Origin: Mobula hypostoma | Lineage: Eukaryota | Reading direction: 5' to 3' | Length of the DNA: 64,000 bases | Assembly: GCF_963921235.1 (NCBI RefSeq) | Contig: NC_086108.1 | Location: forward strand, 63,366,001 to 63,430,000 | Shown here: one piece after another, positions 25,601 through 37,029 of the stretch | Position numbering within the stretch: position 1 is the first letter of the stretch | Layout of the letters: every line of letters starts with the position of its first letter | Program-made: the position numbers and the translations under genes | Notes under the pieces: model-generated | Databases searched by the model: none | The model's input: only the letters and a program-made list of their open reading frames with translations | What the model was told of the DNA's origin: nothing

Positions 25601-27261
25601 AATTCCGCCTAGCGGAATTAGTCCTTACTCTTAATAATTTCACCTTTGGCTCCTCCCACTTCCTCCAAACTAAATGTGTAGCCATTGGCACCCGTATGTG
25701 TCCCAGCTATGCCTGCCTTCTTGTTGGCTTTGTGGAACAATCTATGTTCCAAACCTATTCTGGTATCTGTCCCCCACTTTTCCTTCGCTACATCGATGAC
25801 TGCATTGGCGCTGCTTCCTACACGCATGCTGAGCTCATTGACTTCATTAACTTTGCCTCCAACTTTCACCCTGCCCTCAAGTTTACCTGGTCCATTTCTG
25901 ACACCTCCCTCCCCTTTCTTAATCTTTCTGTCTCTCTCTCTGGAGACAGCTTATTTTCTGATGTCTACTATAAGCCTATGGACTCTCACAGCTATCTGGA
26001 CTATCCCTCTTCTCACCCTGTCTCTTGCAAAAGTGCCATCCCCTTCTCGCAATTCCTCCGTCTCTGCTGCATCTGCTCTCAGAATGAGGCTTTTCATTCC
26101 AGGACGAGGGAGATGTCTTCCTTTTTTAAAGAAAGGGGCTACCCTTCCTCCACCATCAACTCTGCTCTCAAACACATCTCCCCCATTTCACGTACATCTG
26201 CTCTCACTCTACCCCACTAGGAATAGGGTTCCCCTGGTCCTCACCTACCACTCCACCAGCCTCCGGGTTCAACATATTATTCTCCGTAACTTCGACCGCC
26301 TCCAACAGGATCCCACCACTAAGCACATCTTTCCCACCCCCCCCACCTCCTTTCTGCAGGAATCGCTCCCTACGCGACTCCCTTGTCCATTCGTCCCACC
26401 CATCCCTCCCCACTGATCTCGCTCCTGGCACTTATCCTTGTAAGAAGAACAAGTGCTACATGTGCCCTTACACTTCCTCCCTTACCACCATTCAGGGCCC
26501 CAGACAGTCCTTCCAGGTGAGGCGACACTTCACCTGTGAGTTGGTTGGGGTGATATACTGTGTCCAGTGCTCCCGATGCGGCCTTCTATATAGTGGTGAG
26601 ACCCGATGCAGACTGGGAGATCATTTCGCTGAACACCTACGCTCTGTCTGCCAGAGAAAGCAGGATCTCCCAGTGGCCACACATTTTAATTCCACGTCCC
26701 ATTCCCATTCTGATATGTTTATCCTTGGAATCCTCTACTGTAAAGATGAAGCCACACTCAGGTTGGAGGAACAACACCTTGTATTCCGTCTGCGTATCCT
26801 GCAACCTGATGGCATGAACATCGACTTCTCAAACTTCTGCTAATGCCCCACCTCCCCCTCGTACCCCATCCATTATTTATTTATTCTTTTTCTCTCTCTC
26901 CTTTTTCTCCCTCTGTCCCTCTCACTATACCCCTTGCCCATCCTCTGGGCTTCCAGCCCTCCCCCTTTTCTTCCTCCCTAGGCCTCCTGTCCCATGATCC
27001 TCTCATATCCCTTTTGTCAATCAACTGTCCAGCTCTTGGCTCCATCCCTCCCCCTCCTGTCTTCTCCTATCATTTTGGATCTCCCCCTCCCCTTCCCACT
27101 TTCAAATCTCTTACTAGCTGTTCTTTCAGTTAGTCCTGACGAAGGGCCTGGGCCCGAAACGTCGACTGTACCTCTTCCTAGATATGCTGCCTGGCCTGCT
27201 GCGTTCACCAGCAACTTTTATGTGTGTTGCTTGAAATTCCAGCATCTGCAGGTCTCCTCGT
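25601..27261 (+). mobile_element. Penelope-like retroelement (RT + Cys-rich linker + GIY-YIG endonuclease), 5'-truncated and frameshifted
   Basis: GTRMCPSYA, FLRYIDD, VYYKPMDSHSYL, PCKKNKCYMC, VIYCVQCSRCGLLYSGET, RLEEQHLVFRL; flanked by a 13-bp TSD with one mismatch. Confidence 0.92.
27132..27167 (+). ncRNA. Minimal type I hammerhead ribozyme motif in the PLE terminal region; predicted cleavage after C27163
   Basis: AGUC-CUGACGA-A-GGGC(CUGG)GCCC-GAAAC-GUC-GACU: stem I AGUC/GACU, complete core, stem II, loopless palindromic ACGU stem III. Confidence 0.8.
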
Positions 27262-28661
27262 ACCTGTGCCATCTTGTTAGCTGCAGCTTCTCCCAACAGT
27301 TCACGGCACATGTCCTTGGCAGCAGGCAGAATCAGTTCTTCACCAACAGTGAAAGGCTTCTTAGCCTTAGCAATACGACTAGCCACTCAGTACGACGCTC
27401 TCAGAGCAGCAGCATTTGCGGAGGTGGTGACTCTCAGCACTTGCTTCTGTCCCGCTTGCTCACATTTTTTTCTGCTCAAAAGACTCATCGGGTTTGTCTT
27501 TAAGTGCAGGTGCTTGGACTCAAGGAGCCGAAGCAGTTTTGAGGGCTTCCTTGCCTCATTAAACAGCTTGTCTCCACATATCACACACGGGGTGCTTGCG
27601 AGTCACCGGTCACATTAAAGCCATATTTTATGTACGACTTGTCGTATTTTCTGTTGGAGGAAGTTTTCTTTTTTTTTTTGCAGTCACGGCCTCAGCTGCC
27701 TCTGTGTTATCATCATCGTTAGGCCACTTTCCCATACCTCCTCTTCCAAAGATAATCTCAAGCGACGTTTGTTTTTAATGACCGACCGATAACCTCACGG
27801 GGATAATGACCTCGCATGTGTTCAAGTTCAACAGTGAACGTAACAGGGAATGAGGAAAGGTGCAGCTGACTCATATCATTTCATACCGCCAAATCAAATC
27901 CTTTCCTCATGGCCCGGTAGCTCATGCTTTGCGGCCCGGTGATTGGGGACCACTGATTTATGGAGTCTGAGATCCAGATACCAGGAATCAATTTATTTAT
28001 ATAATTTAGCAACTAAAAGTTCCTAGCTGATTTTCTGGGGCCTTCCTCACTCACAACTCTTCACTGCTTTGTTATTTTCAATCTCCTATCAACACTTCAT
28101 ACTTCGTTAAAGATTTTAATATATGCCCTGTTAATGCAGATAAACTCTCAAATTGAAAAGTGAAGCAATAATCTGAACTATAATCTCGACATCAAAACAA
28201 ATAATTTCGAAACATTCAGCAGTTTTCAGGTTGGGAGAAAGAAACAGCTAATGCTTGAAGACCTTTAGTCAGCAAATAGAAATCCGGTCCTTGACCTCAA
28301 TTATTAACTGTGATTTCTTTTCACTGCCAGATTTCCTGAGTACTTCAGCAATATCTGCTTTTGTTTCAGTTTTCGGGAATCTGCAGTTTTTTATTAGTAG
28401 TGTGATCACTCAAGTAAAGTATGATGATCTGTAAAAGTTCCCTTTTGGTGGATCTTCAGGTGGCTGTCAGAGGACTGTGGTTCAGTCTGAAACGTCGACT
28501 GTCCATTTCCCTCCATAGATGCTGCTTGACCCACTGAGTTCACCAAGATTTTTTTTTGGGTTGCTTCTGCTACAGAACTCCAGTGTCTTAACTTACAAAA
28601 CAGCTCACTTGCTGTGAACATGTGACAACTTTGTATGGATTCAGGATTGGCAATTCCTCCT

Positions 28662-31600
28662 CCATAGAAACCATAGAAACTACAGGACAGAAACAGGCCT
28701 TTTGGCCCTTCTTGGCTGTGCTGAACCATTTTCTGCCTCGTCCCACTGACCTGCACACAGACCATATCCCTCCATACACCTCCCATCCATGTAGCTGTTC
28801 AATTTATTCTTAAATGTTAAAAAAGAACCCACATTTACCAACTCGTCTGGCAGCTCATTCCATACTCCCACCACCCTCTGTGTGAAGAAGCCCCCCCTTA
28901 TGTTCTCTTTAAACTTTTCCCCCCTCACCTTTAACCCATGTCCTCTGGTTTTTATCTCCCCTTGCCTCAGTGGAAAAAGCCTGCTTGCGTTCACTCTATC
29001 TATACCCATCATAATTTTATATACCTCTATCAAATCTCCCCTCATTCTTCTACACTCCAGGGAATAAAGTCCTAACCTATTCAACCTTTCTCTGTAACTG
29101 AGTTTCTCAAGTCCTGGCAACATCCTTGTAAACCTTCTCTGCACTCTTTCAACCTTATTTCTATCCTTCCTGTAATTTGGTGACCAAAACTGAACACAAT
29201 ACTCCAGATTCGACCTCACCAATGCCTTATACAACCTCAACATAACATTCCAGCTCTTCTACTCAATACTTTGATTAATAAAGACCAATGTACCAAAAGC
29301 TCTCTTTACAACCCTATCTACCTGTGACGCTATTTTTAGGGAATTTTGTATCTGTATTCCCAGATCCCTCTGTTCCACTGCACTCCTCAGTGCCTTACCA
29401 TTAACCCTATATGTTCTACCTTAGTTTGTCCTTCCAACGTGCAATACCTCACACTTGTCTGTACTAAACTCCATCTGCCATTTTTCAGCCCATTTTTCCA
29501 GCTGGTCCAAGTCCCTCTGCAGGCTCTGAAAACCTTCCTCACTGTCTACTACACCTCCAATCTTTGTATCATCAGCAAATTTGCTGATCCAATTTACCAC
29601 ATTATCATCCAGATCATTGATATAGATGACAAATAACAATGAACCCAGCACTGATCCCTGTGGCACACCACTAGTCACAGGCCTCCACTCGGAGAAGCAA
29701 TTCTCTACTACCACTCTTTGGCTTCTTCCATTGAGCCAATGTCTAATCCAATTTACCACCTCTCCATGTATACCTAGCGACTGAATTTTCCTAACTAACC
29801 TCCCATGCGGGACCTTGTCAAAGGCCTTACTGAAGTCCATGTAGACAATATCCACTGCCTTATCTTCATCCACTTTCCTGGTAACCTCCTCGAAAAACTC
29901 CAATAGGGTGGTCAAACATGACCTGCCACGCACAAAGCCATGTTGACTCTCCCTAATAAGTCCCTGTCTATCCAAATGCTTGTAGTTTCTGTCTCTTAGT
30001 ACTCCCTTCAATAACTTACCTACTACTGACGTTAAACTTACTGGTCTATAATTTCCCAGATTACTTTTCGATCCTTTTTTAAACAACGGAACAACATGAG
30101 CCACTCTCCAATCCTCCGGCACCTCACCTGCAGACAGCGACTTTTTAAATATTTCTGCCAGGGCCCCTGCAATTTCAACACTAGTCTCCTTCAAGGTCCG
30201 AGGGAATACCCTGTCAGGTCCTGGGGATTTATCCACTTTAATTTTCCTCAAGACAGCAAGGACCTCCTCCTTTTCGATCTGTACAGTTTCCATGATCTTA
30301 CTACTTGTTTCCCTTAATTCCATAGACTTCATGCCAGTTTCCTTAGTAAATACAGACACAAAAAACCTATTTAAGATCTCCCCCAATTGCTTTGGTTCCG
30401 CACATAGCCGACCACTCTGATCTTCAAGAGGACCAATTTTATCCCTTACAATCCTTTTGCTCTTAATATACCTGTAAAAGCTCTTTGGACTATCCTTCAC
30501 TTTGACTGCCAAAGCAACCTCATGTCTTCTTTTAGCCCTCCTGATTTCTTTCTTAAATGTTTTCTTGCACTTCTTATACTCCTCAAGCACTTATTTACTC
30601 TCTGCTTCCTATGCATGTCATACAACTCCCTCTTCTTCTTTATCAGAGTTGTAATATCCCTTGAGAACCAAGGTTCCTTATTCCTATTCACTTTGCCTTT
30701 AATCCTGACAGGAACATACAAATTCTGCACTCACAAAATTTCTCCTTTGAAGCCTTCCCACCTACCGATCACATCTTTGCCAGAAAACAACCTGTCCCAT
30801 TCCACACTTTTTAGATCCTTTCGCATTTCTTCAAATTTGGCCTTTTTCCAGTTCAGAACCTCAACCCTTGGACCAGATCTATCCTTGTCCGTGATCAAGT
30901 TGAAATTAATGGTGTTATGATCACTGGAACCAAAGTGCTCCCCTACACAGACTTCTGTCACTTGTCCTAACTCGTTTCCTAACAGGAGATCCAATATTGC
31001 ATCCCCTCTAGTTGGTCCCTCTATATATTGATTTAGAAAACTTTCCTGAACACATTTTACAAACTCTAAACCATCCAGACCCCTAACAGTATGGGAGTCC
31101 CAATCAATATATGGAAAATTAAAATCCCCTACCACCACAACTTTATGATTCCTGCAGTTGCCTGCTATCTCTCTGCAGATTTGCTTTTCCAATTCTCGTT
31201 GACTATAGGGTGGTCTGTAATACAATCCCACTAATGTGGCCATACCTTTCCTGTTTCTCAGATCCACCCATAAGGACTCAGTAGACAAGCCCTCTAATGT
31301 GTCCTGCCTGAGCACTGCTTTAATATTTTCCCTAACAAGCAATGCTACTCCCCCACCTTTCATTCCTCTGCCTCGATTACATCTGAAACATCGGAACTCT
31401 GGAATATTAAGCTGCCAGTCCTGCCCCTCCTGTAGCCAAGTTTCAATAATTGCTATAACGTCATAATTCCACGTGTCAATCCACGCCCTCAACTCATCCG
31501 CCTTCCCCGCAATACTCCCAGATTGAAATAGATACACCTCAGAAGCTTTTTACCACCACTCACAACCTTTCTATTAGTGGATTTGCTTGAACTTTTAACA

Positions 31601-32810
31601 TCATTTATTTTCACCCCAGCCACACTGTCAGCTCTGGCACTCTGGTTCCCATCCCCCTGCAAATCTAGTTTAAAGCCTCCCCAGTAGTACCAACAAACCT
31701 CCCTGAAATGATATTGGTCCCCCTGTAGTTCAAGTGTAACCTGTCTCTCTTGTACAGGTCCCACCTGCCCCAGAAGAGGTCCCAATGATCCTGAAATCTG
31801 AAACCCTGCCCCCTACAGCAGTTCCTCAGCCATTTGTTCATCTTCCAGAGCATCCTATTCCTACCCTCACTGGCACGTAGCACAGGTAGCAATCCTGAGA
31901 TTACCACCCTCGAGGTCCTGCTTTTCAACTTCCTACCAAGTTCTCTATACGCACTCTCCAGGACCTCCTCACTCTTCCTTGCTATGTCATTGGTACTGAT
32001 GTGCACCACGACATCTGGCTGATCACCTTCCCACTTCAGAATGTCATGCAAGCGATCAGAGACATCCTTGACCCTGGCACCCGGGAGGCAACAAACCATC
32101 CTGGATTCTCTGTCACGACCACAGAACCTCCTATCTGTACCTCTAACTATCGAGTCCCCTTTCACTACCGCTCTCCTCTTTTTCCACCCTCCCTTCTGCA
32201 CTGCAGAGCCAGACTCAGTGCCAGAGATCCGGCTACTGCAGCTTGTTCCAAGTAAGTCATCCCCCCCAACAGTATCCAATGCGGTATACTTGTTGTTGAG
32301 GGGAATGACCACAGGGAAACCCTGCTCTGCCTGCCCTTTCCTCTTCCCTCGTCTGACAGTGACCCAATTTCCTGTCCTCTGCTCCTTTGGCGTAACTACC
32401 TCCCTGTAGCTACGATCTATAATCTCCTCATTCTCCCGAATGATCCGCAGGTCATCCAGCTCCTGCTCCAGTTCCCTAACGCAGTTTGTTGGGCGCTGCA
32501 GCTGGAAGCACTTCTTGCGGGGCTCGTTGTCAGGGACACCGGAGGGCTCCCTGACTTCCCACATCCTGCAAGAGGAGCATTCCAACATCCTGCCTGGCAT
32601 TCTCTCTACTCTAAACAATCTGAACAAAAAACTTACCGAAACCTACCCTGGTCTCCGCCTGTTCTCGCCGAAGCCTGTTGAGCCAAAGCTGTCCCACTTT
32701 GACTCAGTCCACTCCGATGATGGCCGCTGTATATGGTGGTCTGCTTTTAAACCTTGGCGTGCTACGTCATGCGCCAGCGCAGTGCAGACCCTTCTCCCCG
32801 AGCAGTGTTT
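28662..32810 (-). mobile_element. Near full-length CR1 LINE, family B; ORF1 intact, ORF2 broken
   Basis: ORF1 at 31665-32627; ORF2 pieces 30731-31537, 29421-30590, 28680-29243 with ETW, GDFN, SSDH, VPQGSVLG, KFADD; (TTTCTATGG)n tail at 28662. Confidence 0.95.
31665..32627 (-). CDS. CR1 ORF1 protein: Cys-rich N-terminus, coiled coil, SGNH/GDSL-type esterase domain
   Basis: CSSC, VRELEQELDDL, GDSIVRG, CCLPGARV, VVHISTND, DRLHLN in a 320-aa open frame. Confidence 0.8.
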   Translation of the reverse strand: MFRLFRVERMPGRMLECSSCRMWEVREPSGVPDNEPRKKCFQLQRPTNCVRELEQELDDLRIIRENEEIIDRSYREVVTPKEQRTGNWVTVRRGKRKGQAEQGFPVVIPLNNKYTALDTVGGDDLLGTSCSSRISGTESGSAVQKGGWKKRRAVVKGDSIVRGTDRRFCGRDRESRMVCCLPGARVKDVSDRLHDILKWEGDQPDVVVHISTNDIARKSEEVLESAYRELGRKLKSRTSRVVISGLLPVLRASEGRNRMLWKMNKWLRNCCRGQGFRFQDHWDLFWGRWDLYKRDRLHLNYRGTNIISGRFVGTTGEALN

Positions 32811-33399
32811 TAAAAAAAAAAGACTTTTTCTACCCAATTTTTTTTCAGTGAAAGAAAAATCATTTGACGGGTAAATGACACAGAAAGCATGTGTCTGGAG
32901 CATGGTTAAAGCAAAAAAAAAACCTAATAACCTTTAGAACCTTTGGTAGCAACATGACACGGAACACTAGGAACGACCTTGCCAGTATTAATCAGAATAA
33001 ACCACAGCAGATCCCCATAGTAAGAAGAATTATATTCAGCAACATGAAGAATGTGCACTGAGTAGTTGTTGCTGCCATCGGGTGTCTACTTGAGTGATGT
33101 CTGAATCACAAACAATTTTAAAGAATGAAGTTTCTTGTTCAAACAGTGGATGGGGGAAAAATCAGTGGAATCAGCAGCAATCTACACATCTGTGCAGCAT
33201 TAGAAGTTTACTTACATCTGTTTTTGATCTTTCAAGTGGTAGTTGCTGCGTGTTCAGAAAGCAAGCTTACAAAACATAAGATCTCCTGCCCAGGACAATG
33301 AATATCCATCCAGCATATAAATATTTTTAAAATATTTTGGAAAAGGCATAAAACTTCTCTGAGGGGCTGCTTTGTTCAGGTTCTGATGTCACTGTTTCA

Positions 33400-35050
33400 G
33401 TGGTGTTTTTCCAGGGAAACCCCTCCCCCTTCCCCATCCCTATTCTCAGAATCTGGAAGCAAAAACTGAAAGCCTCAGAGCAAGAATGCAGTGCCAGCGG
33501 GACATCAGGAGCTGTTCTGCACTCTGGATCAGAGACATGGCTCACCCTCAGCATTTCGGACAGAGCACTCCAACCTCAGGGCTTCACCTTCCACCACATG
33601 GAATGGACAGCAGATTCAGGCAAATGCAGAGGTGGTGGTATTTGCTTCATGATTAAAGTATCATATTGCACAGGGATGGCATTTCTGCCTCATTCCTGCT
33701 CCCCTGACCTGGAACACGCAGCTGTCAAACATCATCCATTCCATCAGCCAAAGGAGTTCTTTCACCATCATCTTGATTTCTGTGTACATTCCACCACTAT
33801 CAAACATAAAGATAACACAGGAGGAGCTAAGCACCATTATTAGAAGTCACAGATAGTGCACCCCGATGCCTTCCTGTTGTTCGTTTCTTAATCCGTCAGG
33901 GGATCAAAGGATATGGCACGAAGGCAGGTGAATGGGATTGAGTGGGATCTGGAATCAGTCATGAATGATCATGGGCTCAACGGTCTGAATGGCTTAATTC
34001 TGCTCCTGTGTCTTATGGTTTTAAATTACAGCCTCAGTATTAATAAACGAACTTCAAAACCTTGGCCTCCATATGTCCCTCTGCAATATGATCCTTGACT
34101 TCCTCTTCAGGAGAGCACATTTAGTGCAAATCAGTATTAACCACTTCCTCCTCGCTGACCATTAACACTGGCACACCTCAGGAATGCATGCCTAGCTTGC
34201 TGTTCTACTCTCAGCACATTCATGATTGTCTAGCTGGGCACATCTATAAATTTGCCGATGTTGTTGGTAGAATCTCTGGTGGTGACAAGGAGGCATACAG
34301 GAGTGAGACAGATTGGTTCATTGAGTGATGTCACAGCAACCTTGCACTCAATGTCAGCTAGATCGAGGAACAGATTGTGGACATCAGGAAGGGGAACTTA
34401 GGAGAGCACACACCAGTCCTCATTGAGGGGTCAACAGTGGAAAGGGTGAACAGCTTTAAGGTCTTAGGTGTCAACATCCCGGAGGATTTACCTTGGCACT
34501 AACTCATTGATGCAATGATGAAGAAGGCACACTGTCAGCTATACTTCGTTAGGAGTTTGAGGAGATTTAGTATGTCACCAAAGACTCTAGTGAATTTCTA
34601 CAGATATAACACGGAGAGCATTCTGACTAGTTTCATCACAGCCTATTTCCAGAATTCAAAGAAGCTGTCGAGGGTCGTGGACTTAGCTAACTCCATCATA
34701 GGCACAACCCAGATATCTTCAACACTCACAACCCAGATATCTTCAACAGGGGGGCCCTCAAGAAGGTAGCATCTGTCACTGAGGATATCGGGGACAAGTC
34801 TTCTTCTCATTACTATCTTTAGGGAGAAGGTCCAAGAGCCTGAAGAACCACACTTAATGTTTTAGGAACAGTTTCTTCCCCTCTGCCATCAGATTTCTCA
34901 ATTGTCTATGAAAACTGCATCATTATTCTTCTTTTATTCTATATATTTATGTAATATCATAGCTTATAATAATTTTATGTCTTGCGCTGTACTGCTGCAT
35001 CAAAACAACAAGTATCATGACATATCAATAATTATAAGCCAGATTCTGAT
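33400..35050 (+). mobile_element. Highly degenerate L2/Rex1-type LINE with a CR1 3' tail at about 33880-34025
   Basis: SETWLT and RGGGICF endonuclease remnants; YKFAD; KKAHCQLYFVRSLRRF, ESILTSFITA. Confidence 0.7.
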
Positions 35051-35235
35051 CCTTCCCTTGATTTTAGCTTGCTGTTTCTGTCCTTGTGGTCCACGTTGCC
35101 AGTGCAATCAAAGTGACATTCTACCCATCTCCATTATGCTTGAAAACTATCCTGTTTCCCTGTGAATTCGTGAAGCAAAGATTCTGGCTAACTATCACTT
35201 CCACTGCAATTTAAGTTATGGAAGAGCTTCCAGAA

Positions 35236-35792
35236 AGCAAGTAGCTATATAGGACCCTGGTCAGACCCCACTTAGAGTACTGTGCTCAGTTCTGGTCTCC
35301 TCACTACAGGAATGTGGAAACTATAGAAAGGGTGCAGAGGAGATTTACAAAGATGTTGCCTGGATTGGGGAGCATGTCCTATGAGAATAGGTCGAGTGAA
35401 CTTGGCCTCTTCTCCTTGGAGCGACGGAGGATGAGAGGTGACCTGATAGAGGTATATAAGATGATGAGAGGCATTGATCATGTGGACAGTCAGAGGCTTT
35501 TCCCAGGGCTGAAATGGCTAACATGAAAGGGCACAGTCTTAAGGTGCTTGGAAGTAGATACAGAGAAGATATCAGGGGTAAGTTTTTACACAGAGAGTGG
35601 TGAGTGCGTGGAATGGGCTGCCAGCGACGGTGGTGGATAGGGTCTTTTAAGAGACTCCTGGATAGGTACATGGAGCTTAGAAAAATGGAGTGCTGTGGGT
35701 AACCCTAGGTAATTTCCAAAGTAAGTACATGTTGGGCACAGCGTTGTGGGCTGAAGGGCCTGTACTGTGCTGTAGGTTTTCTATGTTTTCTA
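35236..35792 (+). mobile_element. CR1 3'-end fragment
   Basis: LYRTLVRPHLEYCAQFWSP, ERVQRRFTKMLPG; ttctatgttttcta tail. Confidence 0.85.
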
Positions 35793-36488
35793 TACTCAAC
35801 AGGTTGGGTAATGTCTGTGGAGAATTTGATAATTGGTTTAGTATTCTCAAGTGCACTGAAATACAGTGAAAGAATTCTGTTTGTGTGCCACCCTGGCAGA
35901 TCATGCCAGACATGCTGAAAGTACAATGAGACAGTAAAGAAAAAGCAGAATGCAGAATATAGTGTCTTCAGAGCAGGTGCACTGTCAGAAAATTAAATGA
36001 AAGGTCCTGGGGTAGATTGGGAAAATGTTAATGATTCAGAATTGGACAGGACAAAGTTGAGCAGAAATCTAAGGATGAGAACCATAAATATGAGGCATTG
36101 GTAACAGGAAGCCAATCAAAATTTTATCAGGATTTAGTGAGAAGTAGGAAATTGGAAATAGGGCTGTGTATGGATGAAAGAGTATGAGGTTGCCCGAGAA
36201 ATGTAGGATATTCTAGCTAAATGTTATGAAGAACTGCATATATTGCTACCTCCAACATGTCCTAAATCCACCTGTTGGAGCATGCAGGAACAACTGGTTC
36301 TTACTGTTTTTGAAGACTGCCTGAATCAAGTAAATATCCTAGTTATTCAACTTTAATTATTAGTTAGCTTTGAACATAAATTGCAAAGTATGTAAACCAT
36401 ATTTAAAAAGTATGTACGACATTCGTACATTGATAAATGAATAGGCTATTGAGAATAACTTTTAATATTCAACGTGTTCTGCTTTCAG

Positions 36489-36655
36489 GACAACCATTCA
36501 ATCCTCAAACCAAGATACATACATCAATTTTAAACGTAATTTGTTCAATTGTTTTCGGAGAACAGTATGACTGTGATGGTACCCATGCTGATATACAAGA
36601 ATTCCGTCTTATACTTGACAAAGTTGCAAAATTTTTGACGAATATTTGGGTTCAG
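36489..36655 (+). CDS. cyp2j: CYP2 exon 4 (167 nt)
   Basis: ctttcag|(G)QPFNPQTKIHTSILNVICSIVFGEQYDCDGTHADIQEFRLILDKVAKFLTNIWVQ|gtatgg. Confidence 0.92.
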
Positions 36656-37029
36656 GTATGGTTATATTTGGGAGTAATATTTTTAAATATTGAATTTTGG
36701 AAAAGGAAAAATATTTGACTGAAATTAAAATCTTTTAATTTGAAAAGAGTGTACGCTACCATCACTAATCAGGCACAATCTACAGAAATTCATGAAATAC
36801 ATTTATGTTAACAATTTATAAGTCTAATTTCAAACTCTATTTTCAAATTGTAGTGCAGGATGATAAACTTATGGTATGCGTGCCCAAGATGGCACATGCA
36901 AAATTTTTGTTAGCATGTGACATTCAGTGCCATTCCTCTATCCTTTAAACCCCACCCATTATAAAAAGATACATAATGATTATCTTTACTGCCAAATGAA
37001 GTAGCAAATTATTTTTTACAACCAAAGAG

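Larger units (their letters stand above)
24600..27955 (-). mobile_element. hAT Charlie/Buster-type DNA transposon remnant (ZBED5/SCAND3-like transposase), split by a PLE; left boundary approximate
   Basis: Terminus CAGTGGTCCCCAA (minus strand, starting 27955); BED-like CVICGDKL...ESKH, KKPFTVGEELILPA, QFDESTD, HCVIHREMLAS, VRWLSRG in broken frames. Confidence 0.88.

Noticed and set aside
24910..27778. ZBED5/SCAND3-like ORFs as a domesticated transposase gene
   Set aside because: Frameshifted, internally deleted and interrupted by a PLE.
36855..37025. Possible hAT MITE end next to the second family B CR1
   Set aside because: The start loosely resembles a Charlie-type terminus, but I could not locate a partner TIR or TSD.
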